This document shows, in pieces, positions 45,175-57,404 of a stretch of DNA of 64,000 nt (within the stretch, counting starts at the first letter, position 1; every line of letters begins with the position of its first letter). The stretch is from Blastocladiella emersonii ATCC 22665. Lineage: Eukaryota > Fungi > Blastocladiomycota. Location of the stretch: assembly GCA_025594325.1 (NCBI GenBank), contig JANHCV010000007.1, forward strand, positions 1,116,001 to 1,180,000, written 5' to 3'. The notes beneath the pieces are model-generated. The model did not search any database. It saw only the letters and a program-made list of their open reading frames with translations, and was not told where the DNA came from. The translations under genes were made by a program, and so were the position numbers.

Positions 45175-45755
45175 GAATCGCTGCGACTGCTGCTGCTCCC
45201 GCTCCTGCTTCGGATAGTGGTGCGAGCGTGCGAACGATTGAACTGGAAAGGGGCAGGAAGCGGGACGCGGCTGGCTTTGTACACCGGTTCCAGCGCGGGA
45301 AGCTCACCCAAAAGTGAATTTTTACGAGGCTCCGTCGTGCGCAACGCGAGCTTGCTGCTGACGGCTAACGAGCTTCGCGTTCAAGGTCGTTGATCGCGGA
45401 ATGATGGCGCGCATTTCGACGGTTTCGCACGTTCATTCACTGCCCTTCATGTTGCAACAAGTTTTGGAGAGATTTATTTTTCAACAGCGACGAGTCGTGC
45501 GAAAAGTTTTGGGTGAAGGGAAGGGAAGGGAAGGGAAGTCGGATGAGGTGGTCGCGCGTCGCGGAGCCGCGTGCGGCGCGCGAGGCGCGATGGGAGATAA
45601 GATGGCTTGACCGAACCCCCGGAGCCCGGCCCGATCGAGCTGGGGATTCAGCTGGGGTTTGGAGCTCAGGTTCAAAGTTGCACGTCCTCTGCAAACGACA
45701 ATACAAACACAATGCTAGATCTATCATTTGTCATTTCATCAGCTACAAGTTCCCA

Positions 45756-47863
45756 TTAAGCCTTGGGGGGAACAGGCGGCGGCGCGAGAATCCGCGACTT
45801 GGTCCGGCGCAGACGCACAGACGACGTGCGCTGGACGGCAGCCACGGCTTTCTTGAGGTCAGCGAGCGACCGCTGCCGGAGCCGCGCGATACGCTCCTCG
45901 TCCTCCTTGGTCATAAGCGGCGGACACTGCTCGACCTCGGCTTCGGTCGCGCTCGTGTCCAGCTTGGGCGGGTCGCTGAGAACCTGGCCCCCGGACGCGC
46001 GCGCGTAGTTGGGCGTCCACTCGACCCCGTTCGTGCGCGCGAGCCCGGTCCAGCGCGGGCCCCACACCCGCGTCGCGTCGCGCGTGAGAAGGCGGCCATC
46101 GTCGAACAGACAAGTCTCGACGCGGAACGGCGGCCGAGAGCCGGGCGCGTCAGCGATTTCGGTCAAGAACGAGAACACGCGCTGATGCACGCGTCGCGTG
46201 TCGTTGTGGCCGATGAGAACGAGAGGGAAGCAGTGAGGTTGGTGAATGAACACGTCGTGAACGACGAACGAAGCGCGGCCTAGGTCCGAGAGCCGCGCGA
46301 GGTTCGCGGCAAAGTAGATGTTGTCGTCCAGGAGCTTTTCGTCTGTTCCCGTGCACAGGTACACGGGCGGCCACGGTGCCCGCGTGCTGCCGCGATCGCG
46401 GCACGGACTAATCATAGGATGCGTTGAGGCAATGCGCTTGGCTTCCTTGGCACCGAAATGGTCGCGACCGACGTAATAATCCCACGTCTCGACCGCATGG
46501 CGGCCGAGAACGGACTCGGCCGGCGTGACAAGGAGGTCAAACTGGTTTTCGATCGTACTCGGGGTCTGGAGCGGCAAGTCGGTCCACGGAGAGATGCAGA
46601 CGATGGCCGAGGGCAGTGGATGGCCTTGCTCGCGGAGGAAGATGGTTGTTGAGAGCGCAAGATTGGCGCCAGCAGAGTCGCCCATCAGCACGATGCGCGA
46701 GGCGGGAATCCGCTCGACATGCGTGAGATACAGGTAAGCCGATGCGATGTCGTGGAGGGCATCGGGAAAGAGGTGCTCGGGAGAAAGGCGATAAGCACTA
46801 GACGAACGAGACGGAGATGGAGGAGATGGAGCGCCTGAGACTCATATACCAATCAGGAAACGTACACGTTCAGGAAGCGCCGGCGAAACATGCTGGCATA
46901 ATGAGCGACGACGGGGGAATAGAAAGCCTTGCTGCCGAAAAGGAAAGCACCACCGTGGACGAACAGGACGACGCGGTCGCTATCAACCACGGGAGGAACG
47001 ACCCAGTCTGCGCGCACGATCCACGAGCACACGTCGGGCACGCGCGGATACGTGGTGAGAAGGTTGGACTCAAGCACCAAGCGCACCGATCCGTTCGTGT
47101 CAGCTGTGACAGTAGCCGGTGCGGGAGTATCGGACGGCGCGCGCAAATCGACTTGCCACGAGAACTCCGTGACAGCCGTGTCGCGGAACAAGAGCAGCTC
47201 GACCGGTCTCTTGCTTAGTTTGCTGAAAGCCGAGAAGATCTCGCGCATGTGCGCCATGTCCATGGCGCCAAAGGTCGAGCGAGACGCACGAATAATCACG
47301 TCGGTGACCAGGTTACGGTTCGGACGCTCGGGACCGGTGAAGAGCGACGTGATCATGGTGGGCAGATGAATGAGACCCACGAATAAAAGCAAGAGAGCCG
47401 AACTGAGAGCCGAGCGTGGCGAGTAGTCGTAGCCTTCGAGGCGCAGGGCGCGATGCACAGGGCCGTTGACGCGCGCCGGATCGAAGTATGCATCAGGATC
47501 AGAGTCGTTGTTGGGGCGCGTCCACGCGCCAGCGGCAGCCAGGTCAAGCGGTACCTCCTCGTCAGCGTAGAGCGTAGTGGCATCGTCGATTAGAGCCGTA
47601 GAATCGAAGGACGCGTCTTTGGCGACAGGTCGGCTCTCGAGCTCAAAAACGAGCTCGGGCCAGGACGAGTCGATTGCAAGCGGCTGCTTGGCGCCGTCCT
47701 CGTCCTCCAGTGCAAACTGGCCCAAAGAGCTGACGAAATTCAAGTCGTAGAGCGGCGGCTCGAATGACGGCGGGACAGCCGGACGTGGATCGTCAGACTG
47801 CGTCGGAGCAGCAGGCGCGACATGCTGCAGCGGCGCCGGCGCTCGTTCATGCTTCGAGTCCAT
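45756..47863 (-). CDS. Alpha/beta hydrolase, hormone-sensitive lipase (GDXG) family
   Basis: LFVHGGAFLFGS oxyanion motif, YRLSPEHLFPDALHD, LMGDSAGANLA nucleophile motif, ISPWTDL, QPHCF; one intron near 46857-46797; long acidic N-terminal extension. Confidence 0.9.
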
Positions 47864-48416
47864 GTTGTCGATTCGTTGCAGTGAGTGAGGGAGGCCACAG
47901 TTCATAAGAAGAGCTTTATTTGTCAAGATCCGAGCAGAGAAGAGCCGACCCTTCCGGGCGAGGTCTCGTCCAGCGGCGCGTGTGAAACGCGAGCAACTCG
48001 CGGCGCGGGCGTTGAAAACGGCGAGCAACCTTCCACTTTCACGACCTCGGGCTCACTTTTCACACAGCCACATGTTTTGGTCTTTTTGGAAACCGAGTTT
48101 ATGCGTCAGTTTGCGCCTGTCTGGCGGATTGCTGAACGCCGATCCATGGCCAGACGGGAGACGCAATATCGCAGTTAGCGCGAGCTCGGAAGGCAGACAG
48201 CCCCATCGAGTTCCAGCTTTCTATATGATGATGGCCTTTGCGGCTCACAATGAGGCGACGATGCGCTCGATTGAACGAGAGCAAGGTTGAAGAGGGGAGG
48301 GACGCGATGGTCATGGGCGCGTGACCACCACCACCAGCGGCCGGGACCAGCCAGCCGTCCAGCCTCAGTGCTGCTCGGCCACCCCCGCTGCCGACCAGCA
48401 ACTCTATGCAATCGCC

Positions 48417-49238
48417 ATGTCACACGACGCAAAGAACGAATCCGATGCAGCGCTGCTCGCGCGCCTCGCTCAGCTCAAGGGCGAGTCGGGCCCGGCGCCC
48501 GCTGCCGCTGACGACGCCGCGCTGGCGTCCCGGCTGCGAGCGCTGAGCTCGCCGACACAAGAAGAGCCCGCCGTGCTCCCTGCGCCGCCCGTCGACCCCA
48601 TCGACTCGCTCGTCGCCGACCTGCTCGACAGCTTTGACAACGAGGACGAGGAGCCCATCCCAGACGACGGCAGCAGCGAGTGGGCCGCGTACAGCGCCGT
48701 CTTCGGTCGTGCGCTCAACCACGCCCCCGCGCTCTCGTCGACGGTCCAGACGCTGCTTGATCGCATCGACCCTGCCGGGACGCTCGCCGTGGCGGAGGTT
48801 GGTGTTGACAGCGAGGCGGATGCACTTATCGAGCAAGTCTCCGAGTACGTCCGCCTTGGTGGCGGTGCCGACAGCGATGTCGACGAGTCCGCCGCCGAGG
48901 CCGAGTGGGAGCGGCGGCTCGCAGCGCTCAAACAGGCCGAGATCCACCCGTCGCATGTCGGCAGTGCTGGCGAGGGCAAGTCCGCGCCACGCCCGGATCG
49001 GGGGCCCGGTCCCGCGTCGAGCAGTCGACCCGCTGACGACTCGGACCACGACGACGAGCTGTGGTGCTGCATCTGCAACGACGACGCGACGCTGCAGTGT
49101 CACGGGTGTGACGGCGACCTGTACTGCGTGCAGTGCTTCCGCGAGGGGCACGACGGCGACACTGGTCTTGCGGTCCACGCACGCTCGTCCATTGCCGGGC
49201 TCCGTGCGGCCCTCGCAGCTGGTAAGCGAAAGGCATAG
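48417..49238 (+). CDS. ZFYVE19/ANCHR-like protein with C-terminal B-box-type zinc finger
   Basis: Repeated L.RL..L[KR] helices ([27 protein letters not shown]) and [30 protein letters not shown]. Confidence 0.75.
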   Translation: MSHDAKNESDAALLARLAQLKGESGPAPAAADDAALASRLRALSSPTQEEPAVLPAPPVDPIDSLVADLLDSFDNEDEEPIPDDGSSEWAAYSAVFGRALNHAPALSSTVQTLLDRIDPAGTLAVAEVGVDSEADALIEQVSEYVRLGGGADSDVDESAAEAEWERRLAALKQAEIHPSHVGSAGEGKSAPRPDRGPGPASSSRPADDSDHDDELWCCICNDDATLQCHGCDGDLYCVQCFREGHDGDTGLAVHARSSIAGLRAALAAGKRKA

Positions 49239-49414
49239 ACGCCAAAATGTAACGCTTTTTTTCCCTGCACAACCTCCGTTCCCGCGAGCCAGGCCCGTTC
49301 GCGAAGTCGGAGGACTGGTCGGGGTGCCACCAGGCTGAGACGAGCGCAGAGTCGAGCGCTGCGGCGCCGCAAGGGACCACCCCTCCCACACGCGAGAGCC
49401 CAGCGCACGCAACC

Positions 49415-52400
49415 ATGAAATTAGTCAATGCAATCGTGTCCACGGCTGGGTCCGGTGGCCCGTCAGCTGCGATAGGCTCCCGCTCGCGGATCGCCCTCTA
49501 CGTGTCGGTCGCGCTGCTCGCGAGCCTGGGCGTCGGCGTTGCTGCGAGCCTCTACCGCTCTCGCTCCCATCGCAGATCGCTTCGCGTTGATCCCTCGGGC
49601 TTGTTCGGCGGCGCTCTCTCAAGTCCGTATTGCCCGAATTCGGCGTCGAGTGACTTCGCTTACGATCGGACGCCGTAGGCGAGGACCTTGCGTTTATCGT
49701 TCGCTCGTTCGTGAACTTTGCCCGCACTGCCGAGTTGAACGAGGATATCGTTCGGTACGGACTTGAAGCAACTTTGGCATGGCCCGTGCTGACGGTGATC
49801 GATGAATAGGGCAAACGCAATCTGCACGGAGTTGACTGCGAGTGGTACGATTGCGTGCCCTCTCTCGCTTCTCTCGATCCCCGCATGACGCCGTTGTCGT
49901 TGTAGTTGATGATCTGCGCGCCCTGCTCAACGCGCTTGGCCCGCCTGACGCTCAAACTCGTGCCGAGGCCGCCTGCCTGCTCAGCGGGTTGATCGAGAAG
50001 CGTACGCCACTGAATTGACCCGTTGCGAGCAATTCCGAGCTGACCTCGACCCTTGCCTAGCCGAGTACGCCGCCGCGCTCGCGAACTCGCTGCTCGAGCG
50101 TGTGCTCGCGGGCGTCCTGTCCGAGCCCAACGCCGCGATCAAAATGGTCTTCGTGGACATGCTTCCGATCCTCCTCCGTGTCGGTACGCTGTTACGGTTA
50201 CGCCGCAACTGAATCCAGTCCAGGAACTCACCGCACAACGGATTGGGTAGACTCCGAGGATACTCTGCTCGTCCGTGTTCTGGAGCGCAAAGACGTGCTC
50301 GCTGCGTTTGCGGACCTGTTCCTCCATCCCATCAAGGAGACGCCCGGACTCTCCCGTCGCGCGTGGAACTCGACGATGCACATTCTGCGCCGTGGTACGC
50401 TGCTCAAGCCCTTGCCCGCGACGCGAACGACCTTCGCTCACCGCGTTCATGTAGTTCCGACCGTTCAGCCGCTTCTCGACATCGGTCTGCTCACTCGGCT
50501 CTTCCTCGCCGTCGCCAACGTCAGCGGCGACGCGTCGTGGCGAGGCGACTACTGCACGATGCTCGAGCCTCTCCTGGCGCGCACCATCATCCCCCAACGG
50601 ACCACTTTGTTCGCCGAGTGGCGCGGCTCGAACCTGGATCCCGTCGCCGCCGTGATCGCCCTCTTCAACGAGGACGGTTCCCCCGCCGCAAGCACCGCCA
50701 TGTCGCTCCTCGCCTTCATTGCCAACGGGACCGCGTGGCGCGACGAGATCAACTCGCACGCCGCGTCGCTTGTCGATGGCATGCTGTCCGCGTCCAAGGC
50801 TGGCACCACGACCGGTTTTCCCCTCGCCCTCGCCACGATCATCGTGAACAGCGGTACGCACAGCTCGAGGCCAGGTCGTTGTCGAGACCTTGCTTGACAT
50901 GCGTCTGCTGTAGAGCGGGCGGCCGAGTACCTCATCCAGTCTGGGACGCTGCGACGGTTTCTCGACGACAACAAGTCGACGCTCAGCGAGTCCGAGAACT
51001 CCGAGATCATCCACACGCTCATGGTCATCCTGACTTCCTTCGAAATGGACTTTGGTACGCGTCCCCTTGACCCTCATCCCTCACACACTTCATCTCACTC
51101 AACCCTCGAAATTGGTAGCTGAGGCGGACGCAGAACTTCGTCGGACCTTCCTGATCGACTTTGCGTACCAGCACATCGGCGACACCGCGGCAAGCGTGCT
51201 GTTCCTCGTCCGCTTCGACCCGTCGCTCGACCGCATCGCGCGCGCATTCGCCAAGACGGTTGCCGAGTACGCGAGCTCCGACACCATCTCTGAGTGCCTC
51301 ACCGCCGAGTTCACCGTCATCAACGCGGCGTTCGCGCTGCTCCGCGTCTCGCCCGAGTCCGCCACCATCCTGCTCGACGACGGGAACCTGTGGCCGCTGC
51401 TTCGCCGGTTCGCGCTCCACCCGGGCATGCGCGAGCGCGAAGAGGTTTCGGGCCTCGTCGCGCTGCTCCTACGCGCGCGCCCCGACCTCGTCGACGACGC
51501 CGTCGCCACCTTCTACGGCCCGCTTCTCGTCCAGCTCAACGCCGCGCTCGCCGAGATCGTCCCGCCTGCGGTCGCCCTGATCCGCGAGTCCCGCAAACGC
51601 GGTGGCGAGTTCGACGAAGCGGCCGTCGCGCTGCTCAACGAGCGGATCGGGCACGTCGAGAAGAACGTGTTCGAGTTCCTGCGCAACCTCGACCCGGTTA
51701 CCGTCACCGCCATGTGGTCCACCTCGCCCGCCGCCCGCCAGGCGTTTGTCGACATCCTCGCGCTGTGCGAACGGTCCATGCTCGCCATCGTCGCCGACAA
51801 CGAGGGCAAGCTGTTCCCGATCATGCGGCTCGCGCGCCTGGTCGAGGAGATGGCCGCACAGCACGGCACGGGCACCTCGGGCGCGGCCAACGAGTTCATG
51901 GCCGACCTCGTCTTCTCGGGCAGCTCGGAGCTCATCCTTAACTTTCTGTACCTCCCGTTCTCGCTGCTCCGCACCTTCGTCGGGTACGACGAGCTGCGCG
52001 ACGCGGTTCTCGGCCAGCTGCCGCTCATGGCGTGCGCGTCGCTCCGGTTCGGGTACCAGGTCCTCGCGCGCGACTTTGCCGCCACCGCGCTGTACGCGCC
52101 GCACGGCCAGTGGCTCCAGCTCGAGCAACTCGCCATGCTCAACAACCGGAGCGCGCTCGTCAACTCGGACCCGGACTACGCCGCGGCCGACATCGTGTCG
52201 ACCGAGTTCCTGCGCCGCGCCATCATTCGCGACCCCGCCCTTGATCCCGTCCACTGGGCCAACGTCTCGGGCAACACGCCGACAGGGATCTGCGGCACGA
52301 CCGTGTTCAACTTCTCGCACACGGCCAACACGGCGCGCGCGTCGCACGGCGTGACGCGGACCGGCCGGTTTGCGTTCACGGTCGATGCGTCACTCGAGGG

Positions 52401-53697
52401 CATCCCAGTGATCGGGTGGACGTCGCACGCCGGCCCGCTGCGCGGCAACGACTACACGCTCGCGCCGGCCGCCCGCGACACGTGCGTCATGGACTTTGGT
52501 GCCGGCCGCGCCATGCACGCGGGCAAGGTGCGGTTCCTCAACAAACGGCTCGCCGAGTCGGGCCCGATCGTTGTGACGATCGACCTCGACCGCGGCGAAA
52601 TCGCGACTGCCGCCTACGGCCAGGCGCCGCAGGTCATTTTCCACGGCATCGACGCAGCAAAGACGTGGTACCCGGTCGTCGTCCAGCCGCCCAGCTCGTG
52701 CTCGATCGCCCGCTTCGACGCTGCGCCCGAGGGCTTCACGTCGATCACAGCGGCGGTCGCGCAAGGCGCCGCGGTCGCCGTCCGCCCTGATATCGAACCC
52801 ACTTCGCTTCCCACGGCGGTCCCGGCGTTCCGCTCGGCAGTCGCGACCACGGCCAAGCAAGGTCTGCTGCCTGACATCAACTTCTCGTCGTACTACGAGA
52901 GCACGCTCGTCGCCCCGCGCTCGCCGTGCACCGCTGTCGGCCTGCGCGCGCTCAACCACGCGCACTACCTCTGGGTAGCCGCGGGCAACGGCGTCGAGTT
53001 CACGGCGCAGTTCGTCCTCGGCGCGCACCCCAGCCTGCCGCCCAACGAGCGCGCGACCGCGCTCGAGGACTCGGTCGAGTGGCGCGAGTGGATCCCCGCA
53101 CTCGCCGACTTCATCGCGACGAGCCCGCCGCGCGCCAAATTGGACGAGTCGCAGCGCGTGGCGATGGTCGTGCGGTTTGCGGTCCGCGAGGGGTCCGTGG
53201 AGGCGGGCCGGCGCGAGTGGGACGTGTCGTGGTCCGAGCTCGGCTCCGATCCCGCAGCGCAGGACGTGGCGCTCTCGAGCGCGTTCCTCGTCTCCCGGTT
53301 CGCGCAGCCGCCGGCCAACGCGCCTCACCCCCACGAGCCCGTGCGGATGCAGCTCGGCGTTTCCATCGGGACCCCGCGCCTGTCGTCCGACGAGCGCGGG
53401 GACCCGGAGCTCGCGCTGTTCGCGTCCCTGCTTGTGTTCGGCGTGTCCAAGGGCCACGACAGCGCCATGTCGCCTGCCGACCTGTCGCCTATGATCCCGA
53501 TGCACGGCGGGTCTGGCAAGCCGGACGACGGGCTGCTGCTCCCAATCGTGATTGGTGCGCGCCACATCGAACTCGCGCTGCACGTCGGCGAGGGCGGGGA
53601 TGCGACCAAGGGGCCCATGGCGCGCGGGTGCCCGACGCTCGGTCGTGACGTGCTGAATGCCTGGGGTCTTATCAAAGACGGGGAGGAGAAGGAGTAG
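49415..53697 (+). CDS. Large membrane-anchored helical-repeat (ARM-like) plus SPRY-like protein
   Basis: N-terminal TM (IALYVSVALLASLGVGVAASLY); several short 5' exons with GT..AG introns; long final exon with helical repeats and a SPRY-like beta region (FAFTVD..PVIGW..GPIVVTIDLDRGEI..FHGID..WYPVV). Confidence 0.75.
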
Positions 53698-53943
53698 ATG
53701 TGATACATGCGGTTTTGGTTCGTTGTGGTTTGAACTCCGCCTCGAGAAGAGCGGTGTACATTGACCTTTGGCCGTGGCATTTGTGCACAAGACGCGTCGA
53801 TCAAGCAAGTGATGGCCGCGAACCTGATCCGTAAACCTCACGCCCAAGATCTCCCCTCACGCGCGCGCCGCTCAGTTGTATCTCGTGGCGAAGTATCACG
53901 AACATAACTGAACGTATAGCCCCATGCAGTTTCTCGTCTCCTA

Positions 53944-54456
53944 TCACATACCCTCGGCCTCCTCCGACTCGACCTCGTCCACGCGGTCCTTGAGCGACTT
54001 CATCGAGACCCACAACGTGTAGCCGTAGCAGAGCAGCATGAACGCGTAGCCCGTGTATGACGGCATGTAGAAGGAGGGCGCGACGTTGAACACGCACGCG
54101 ACGGGGAGCAGCACGTAGACCCATGGCATGGCCAGGAGCTGGACCACGGCGTACGCGCTGGCCAGGATCGTGACAAGTGCAGTCGCAGCGACGATCGGGA
54201 GAATGATGGACAGCTCGGACACCATCTCTTGAATCATCGCCGGGGCTGCCGCGGTGCTCGGTTTGTTCCAGAGGTTGTACGACGAGCGGATGAGCTCCGG
54301 GATGGCCGCCGTGCTGAGGCAAGCGACCAGAAACAGAGCAGAGACTGCAACACGGCGGCCATGGTTCCGCCGGGCTTGGACGGCAGCCTTGGTGGGATGG
54401 TGCGGTTCGTCGTCCTCGAAATCGCTGGGAACAGTCGTGCCCATCTTAGAATTCAT
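53944..54456 (-). CDS. Small multi-pass membrane protein, function unknown
   Basis: 170-aa ORF with about four hydrophobic segments and an acidic C-terminus. Confidence 0.65.
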   Translation of the reverse strand: MNSKMGTTVPSDFEDDEPHHPTKAAVQARRNHGRRVAVSALFLVACLSTAAIPELIRSSYNLWNKPSTAAAPAMIQEMVSELSIILPIVAATALVTILASAYAVVQLLAMPWVYVLLPVACVFNVAPSFYMPSYTGYAFMLLCYGYTLWVSMKSLKDRVDEVESEEAEGM

Positions 54457-55012
54457 GGTAATGAGAGAGCTATGAGCGGAGAGAGAGCGGATGAAGCGGT
54501 CGAGCAGCGCGTGTTTTGACCTTCGCGGCATCGCCACGCGAGCCACAAGCAAAAAGCTTAACCGCGAGCTGCAGCGGAGAGGCCTGATTTGGAATCCGCC
54601 ATGCGTCCTCAAACGTGCTGAAAACGTGTTCCCGGCACACGTTGGCGGCCCGGATTGATGCGAGGGGTGATCGCTGCCACAGCACGCGTTCAGAGCAGCA
54701 CGCTTTCAGATAAGCGGTTTTTTTTACAGGTCGGTCAAGGGAACTTTTCAATCTTCGTGTAGAAAAAGAAAACACAATAGAGGACCTGCGGGAAAAACGG
54801 CGTGGCCGCCGGAAAAAAAAAGGCGCGACCTGAAACACGCGGGGCAGGTCACGCGCCGTGACCGCCACGGTCGGTCGCCCACCGCGCTCCGCTCCCTCGA
54901 CCCTTTCTCTCCTCCGCACGTCGTGCTGCACGCAAAATACACCGCTCTAACTCGGTGAAACACAATGAATCAATAACAGAATTTCCATGCAGCACGTCGT
55001 CAGGCCGTGGCC

Positions 55013-55687
55013 ATGGCACTTGCCGTCGCGGTCGTCCTCGCGCTGCATCAGCTTGTGAGGCTTCTCATGACCCCACGCCCGCGTCCGCGAGGTCGGCAGC
55101 TGTGGCAAGCCGCACCGTTTGACTTCGATCAATTTGACGATGCTGATTGCTGGGCAAGTTCCGCTTCCAGCGCAACGACATCATCTACCTCGCGGATCGA
55201 CTCCTTCCTCGCTTCATCCAACTTGGCGATCGGCACGGTCCCGTCCCTCGCCTTGCTGCTCTTTGCGTTCTTCTTCGCCGCCTTTCTTACCCGTGCCGGC
55301 TGGGCGACCTCTGTACCAACTTCCCGTACGACGAAACGCGCCTTTCCCACATCGTCAACTACCTGCAACGATGCCGTGGTGCTACGACACTCGCATCTCT
55401 TGGATCGGCTCCAAGCTCTTCCGCGGAAACCCGACGGTCGTCACTACGTGCTGTCCAACTCGGCGTATCCTCAGTTTCCGACGCTTCGGACTCCGCCCCG
55501 TCGAGGGCTCACGCCCGAACTTGCAGCGTACAAGCGCGCGATGAGTTCGGCACGCTCAACGATCGAGTGGGGCTTTCGCTCGTACGACGGAACGCAGCGC
55601 GAGCGCCGCGGCCAGGGCGTCATGCGACCGGATCCGTGCCACGCGCTCGCCGACGCGTCGTTCCGCGCGCTGGGCGCTCTGAATTGA
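55013..55687 (+). mobile_element. Decayed PIF/Harbinger-type transposase (DDE_Tnp_4-like)
   Basis: FDFDQFDDADCW/KFRFQRNDIIYLA..LAALCVLLRRLSYPCRLGDL..RLSHIVN, then YVLSNSAYP..P..LTPELAAYKRAMSSARSTIEWGF. Frameshifted; the central catalytic Asp segments are missing. Confidence 0.75.
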
Positions 55688-55693
55688 TTTTCT

Positions 55694-56539
55694 TCATGGT
55701 CTCGGCATAGGTGAGCGCAGCACGTAGATCAGCGACCGCGGCCTGTAGCGACCAGATCTGGTTGCCACAGTAGTCGTGATGACGGGAAGATCGGCGGCCT
55801 TGCGTGCAGTCTCGTCCAACTCGCTCTCGCTGTTCTCATCAGCAGTGGCGGCCATGAGCTCAATCGAGGCCATGCGCATTGCTTGGCGAGAATCGTGCAC
55901 CGGTGCTTGAAGCTGCAGATTGTCTCGACCAACGCGGCAAGGGCCTCGTGCTCATGAGTCTCAACAACACCTCGGTCGCCTCCATGAGGCTGCGCCTGCC
56001 TATTCGGCCTGCCCTTCTGGCCCAAGGCGATTTGACGCAGACCGCGCTCAAGAACCTGGCTTGATGGGGGCAAGAATCGCGCAACCGCAAGGCACACAAC
56101 GATGGCAAACATTTTCATTGCAGCGCTTCACGGCGTTCTCAAGCCATGGTCAGCGTTTAGCCGTTTGATCGCGAGAGATCTGCGATTTCCAGGCATTCTG
56201 TTAGGAGACATCCATGTTTTATTGAAGGCAAAATGCCTGTCACAGCAGGAGCGCTCCGTCCAACCTGATCACCCACGTCTGACAGCTCGCGAAGTGAGGA
56301 AATTGCCAAGGAACCATCGAGAGGATCCGCGATCCAGCATCCGCACCCTATTGCCGCGACGCATAACTCGCAAGAACCGTAACCGTCTCATCGATCCCAG
56401 AATGTGCAGCGAGGGGGGAGCGCGATCCCCCAAACTCGTCGTGAGCGAGTACGGAGCGCGATCCGTGGCTCGCTGCACATCGAGCATGACAAGACGGTCC
56501 GTCACAGGACTGTGCGTGAGCCGTTGGTGGGATGCACAA
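55694..56539 (-). mobile_element. Possible remnant of the Harbinger second (accessory) ORF, convergent with the transposase
   Basis: Broken minus-strand frames including SPLAAHSGIDE and a charged helical C-terminal piece; orientation fits two-ORF Harbinger elements. TIRs not identified. Confidence 0.3.
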
Positions 56540-57307
56540 ACTTAGTGTCGCGCGAGAGCGGCGTTCGAGGCGGGTGCAGATGCGGAATCGCGGATCGGTC
56601 TCGTTGGTGTCAAAGGGTCTGAAGCGAAGGACAATGCTGCAATGGCATTGCTCGAGTTTGAGGAAAGTGAGGCCTTAAAGCAGTCGAGTCTGCCATCAAT
56701 TGAAAAGTGAAATGCGCAATGGTTGATGCGTGCGTGGTTGTTGAGCCACCCACAATCGAGTTACACAAGCGGCGGCGGATCAACCCGCCAGCGAGGACCT
56801 AAGTCGCCAGAACAGGTTAGCGAGATCATTACCTGTGAGCAGCTAAACAGAGTAAATACTCATTCACGAAGTACTTAAACCTCATCGAGAATCAACTTCC
56901 TCTTGCACACAATGGCGGGGTGCTGGGCGAGCAGTCCTGCCCCCCTCACACTGTTCCGTGCGCAGGCATGCGGCTATGTGCGCGAGCGCTGTCAAAAATC
57001 GAGAGCAACAGCAAGGCAATTCAACGAGTCGCCAACGGGATAAATTGCAGCGGCCCGCGTCGTGGTTCGACTTTGCGCGAAGTCAAGGCCGCTGGAACGC
57101 TGGAAGTTCAGGCGAGCAAAGCGAGCGCGCTCCGCTGGAAACCGGCCGGATGCGAGTCCCGGGGGTATTGCATAAGTTGCAGCAAGTTATTGTTCGACGG
57201 CGTGTAGCCAGCGTTTCATGGTAGTCTATCACGCAGCGGGGCGCGGGAGAGAGAGCAAGCGATGACCGAACACGGCGTTTTCTTCCCAGCGGGCAAGCCA
57301 CGCGACC

Positions 57308-57320
57308 CGCGTTGCGCCAC
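57308..57320 (+). promoter_or_regulatory. Conserved 13-bp upstream element of copy G
   Basis: CGCGTTGCGCCAC on +, 85 bp before the ATG at 57405; same orientation relative to the gene as in the minus-strand copies. Confidence 0.62.
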
Positions 57321-57404
57321 CAGCGTGAGCTGAAACCGATGGCGCGCTCGTCGCTTCGCAAGGGGTCCACTCCTGCTCAAAGAGCTTCCACGAATCGTGC
57401 TGCC

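Noticed and set aside
45517-45540. (GGGAA)4 microsatellite, and (ATATG)3 near 14936
   Set aside because: Ordinary short slippage repeats with no further structure.
54570-56690. Candidate Harbinger TIRs (GGCCTGATTTGG near 54580; AGGCC-TTA near 56670)
   Set aside because: The two ends are not reverse complements beyond about 5 bp and no matching TAA/TTA duplication flanks the left site.
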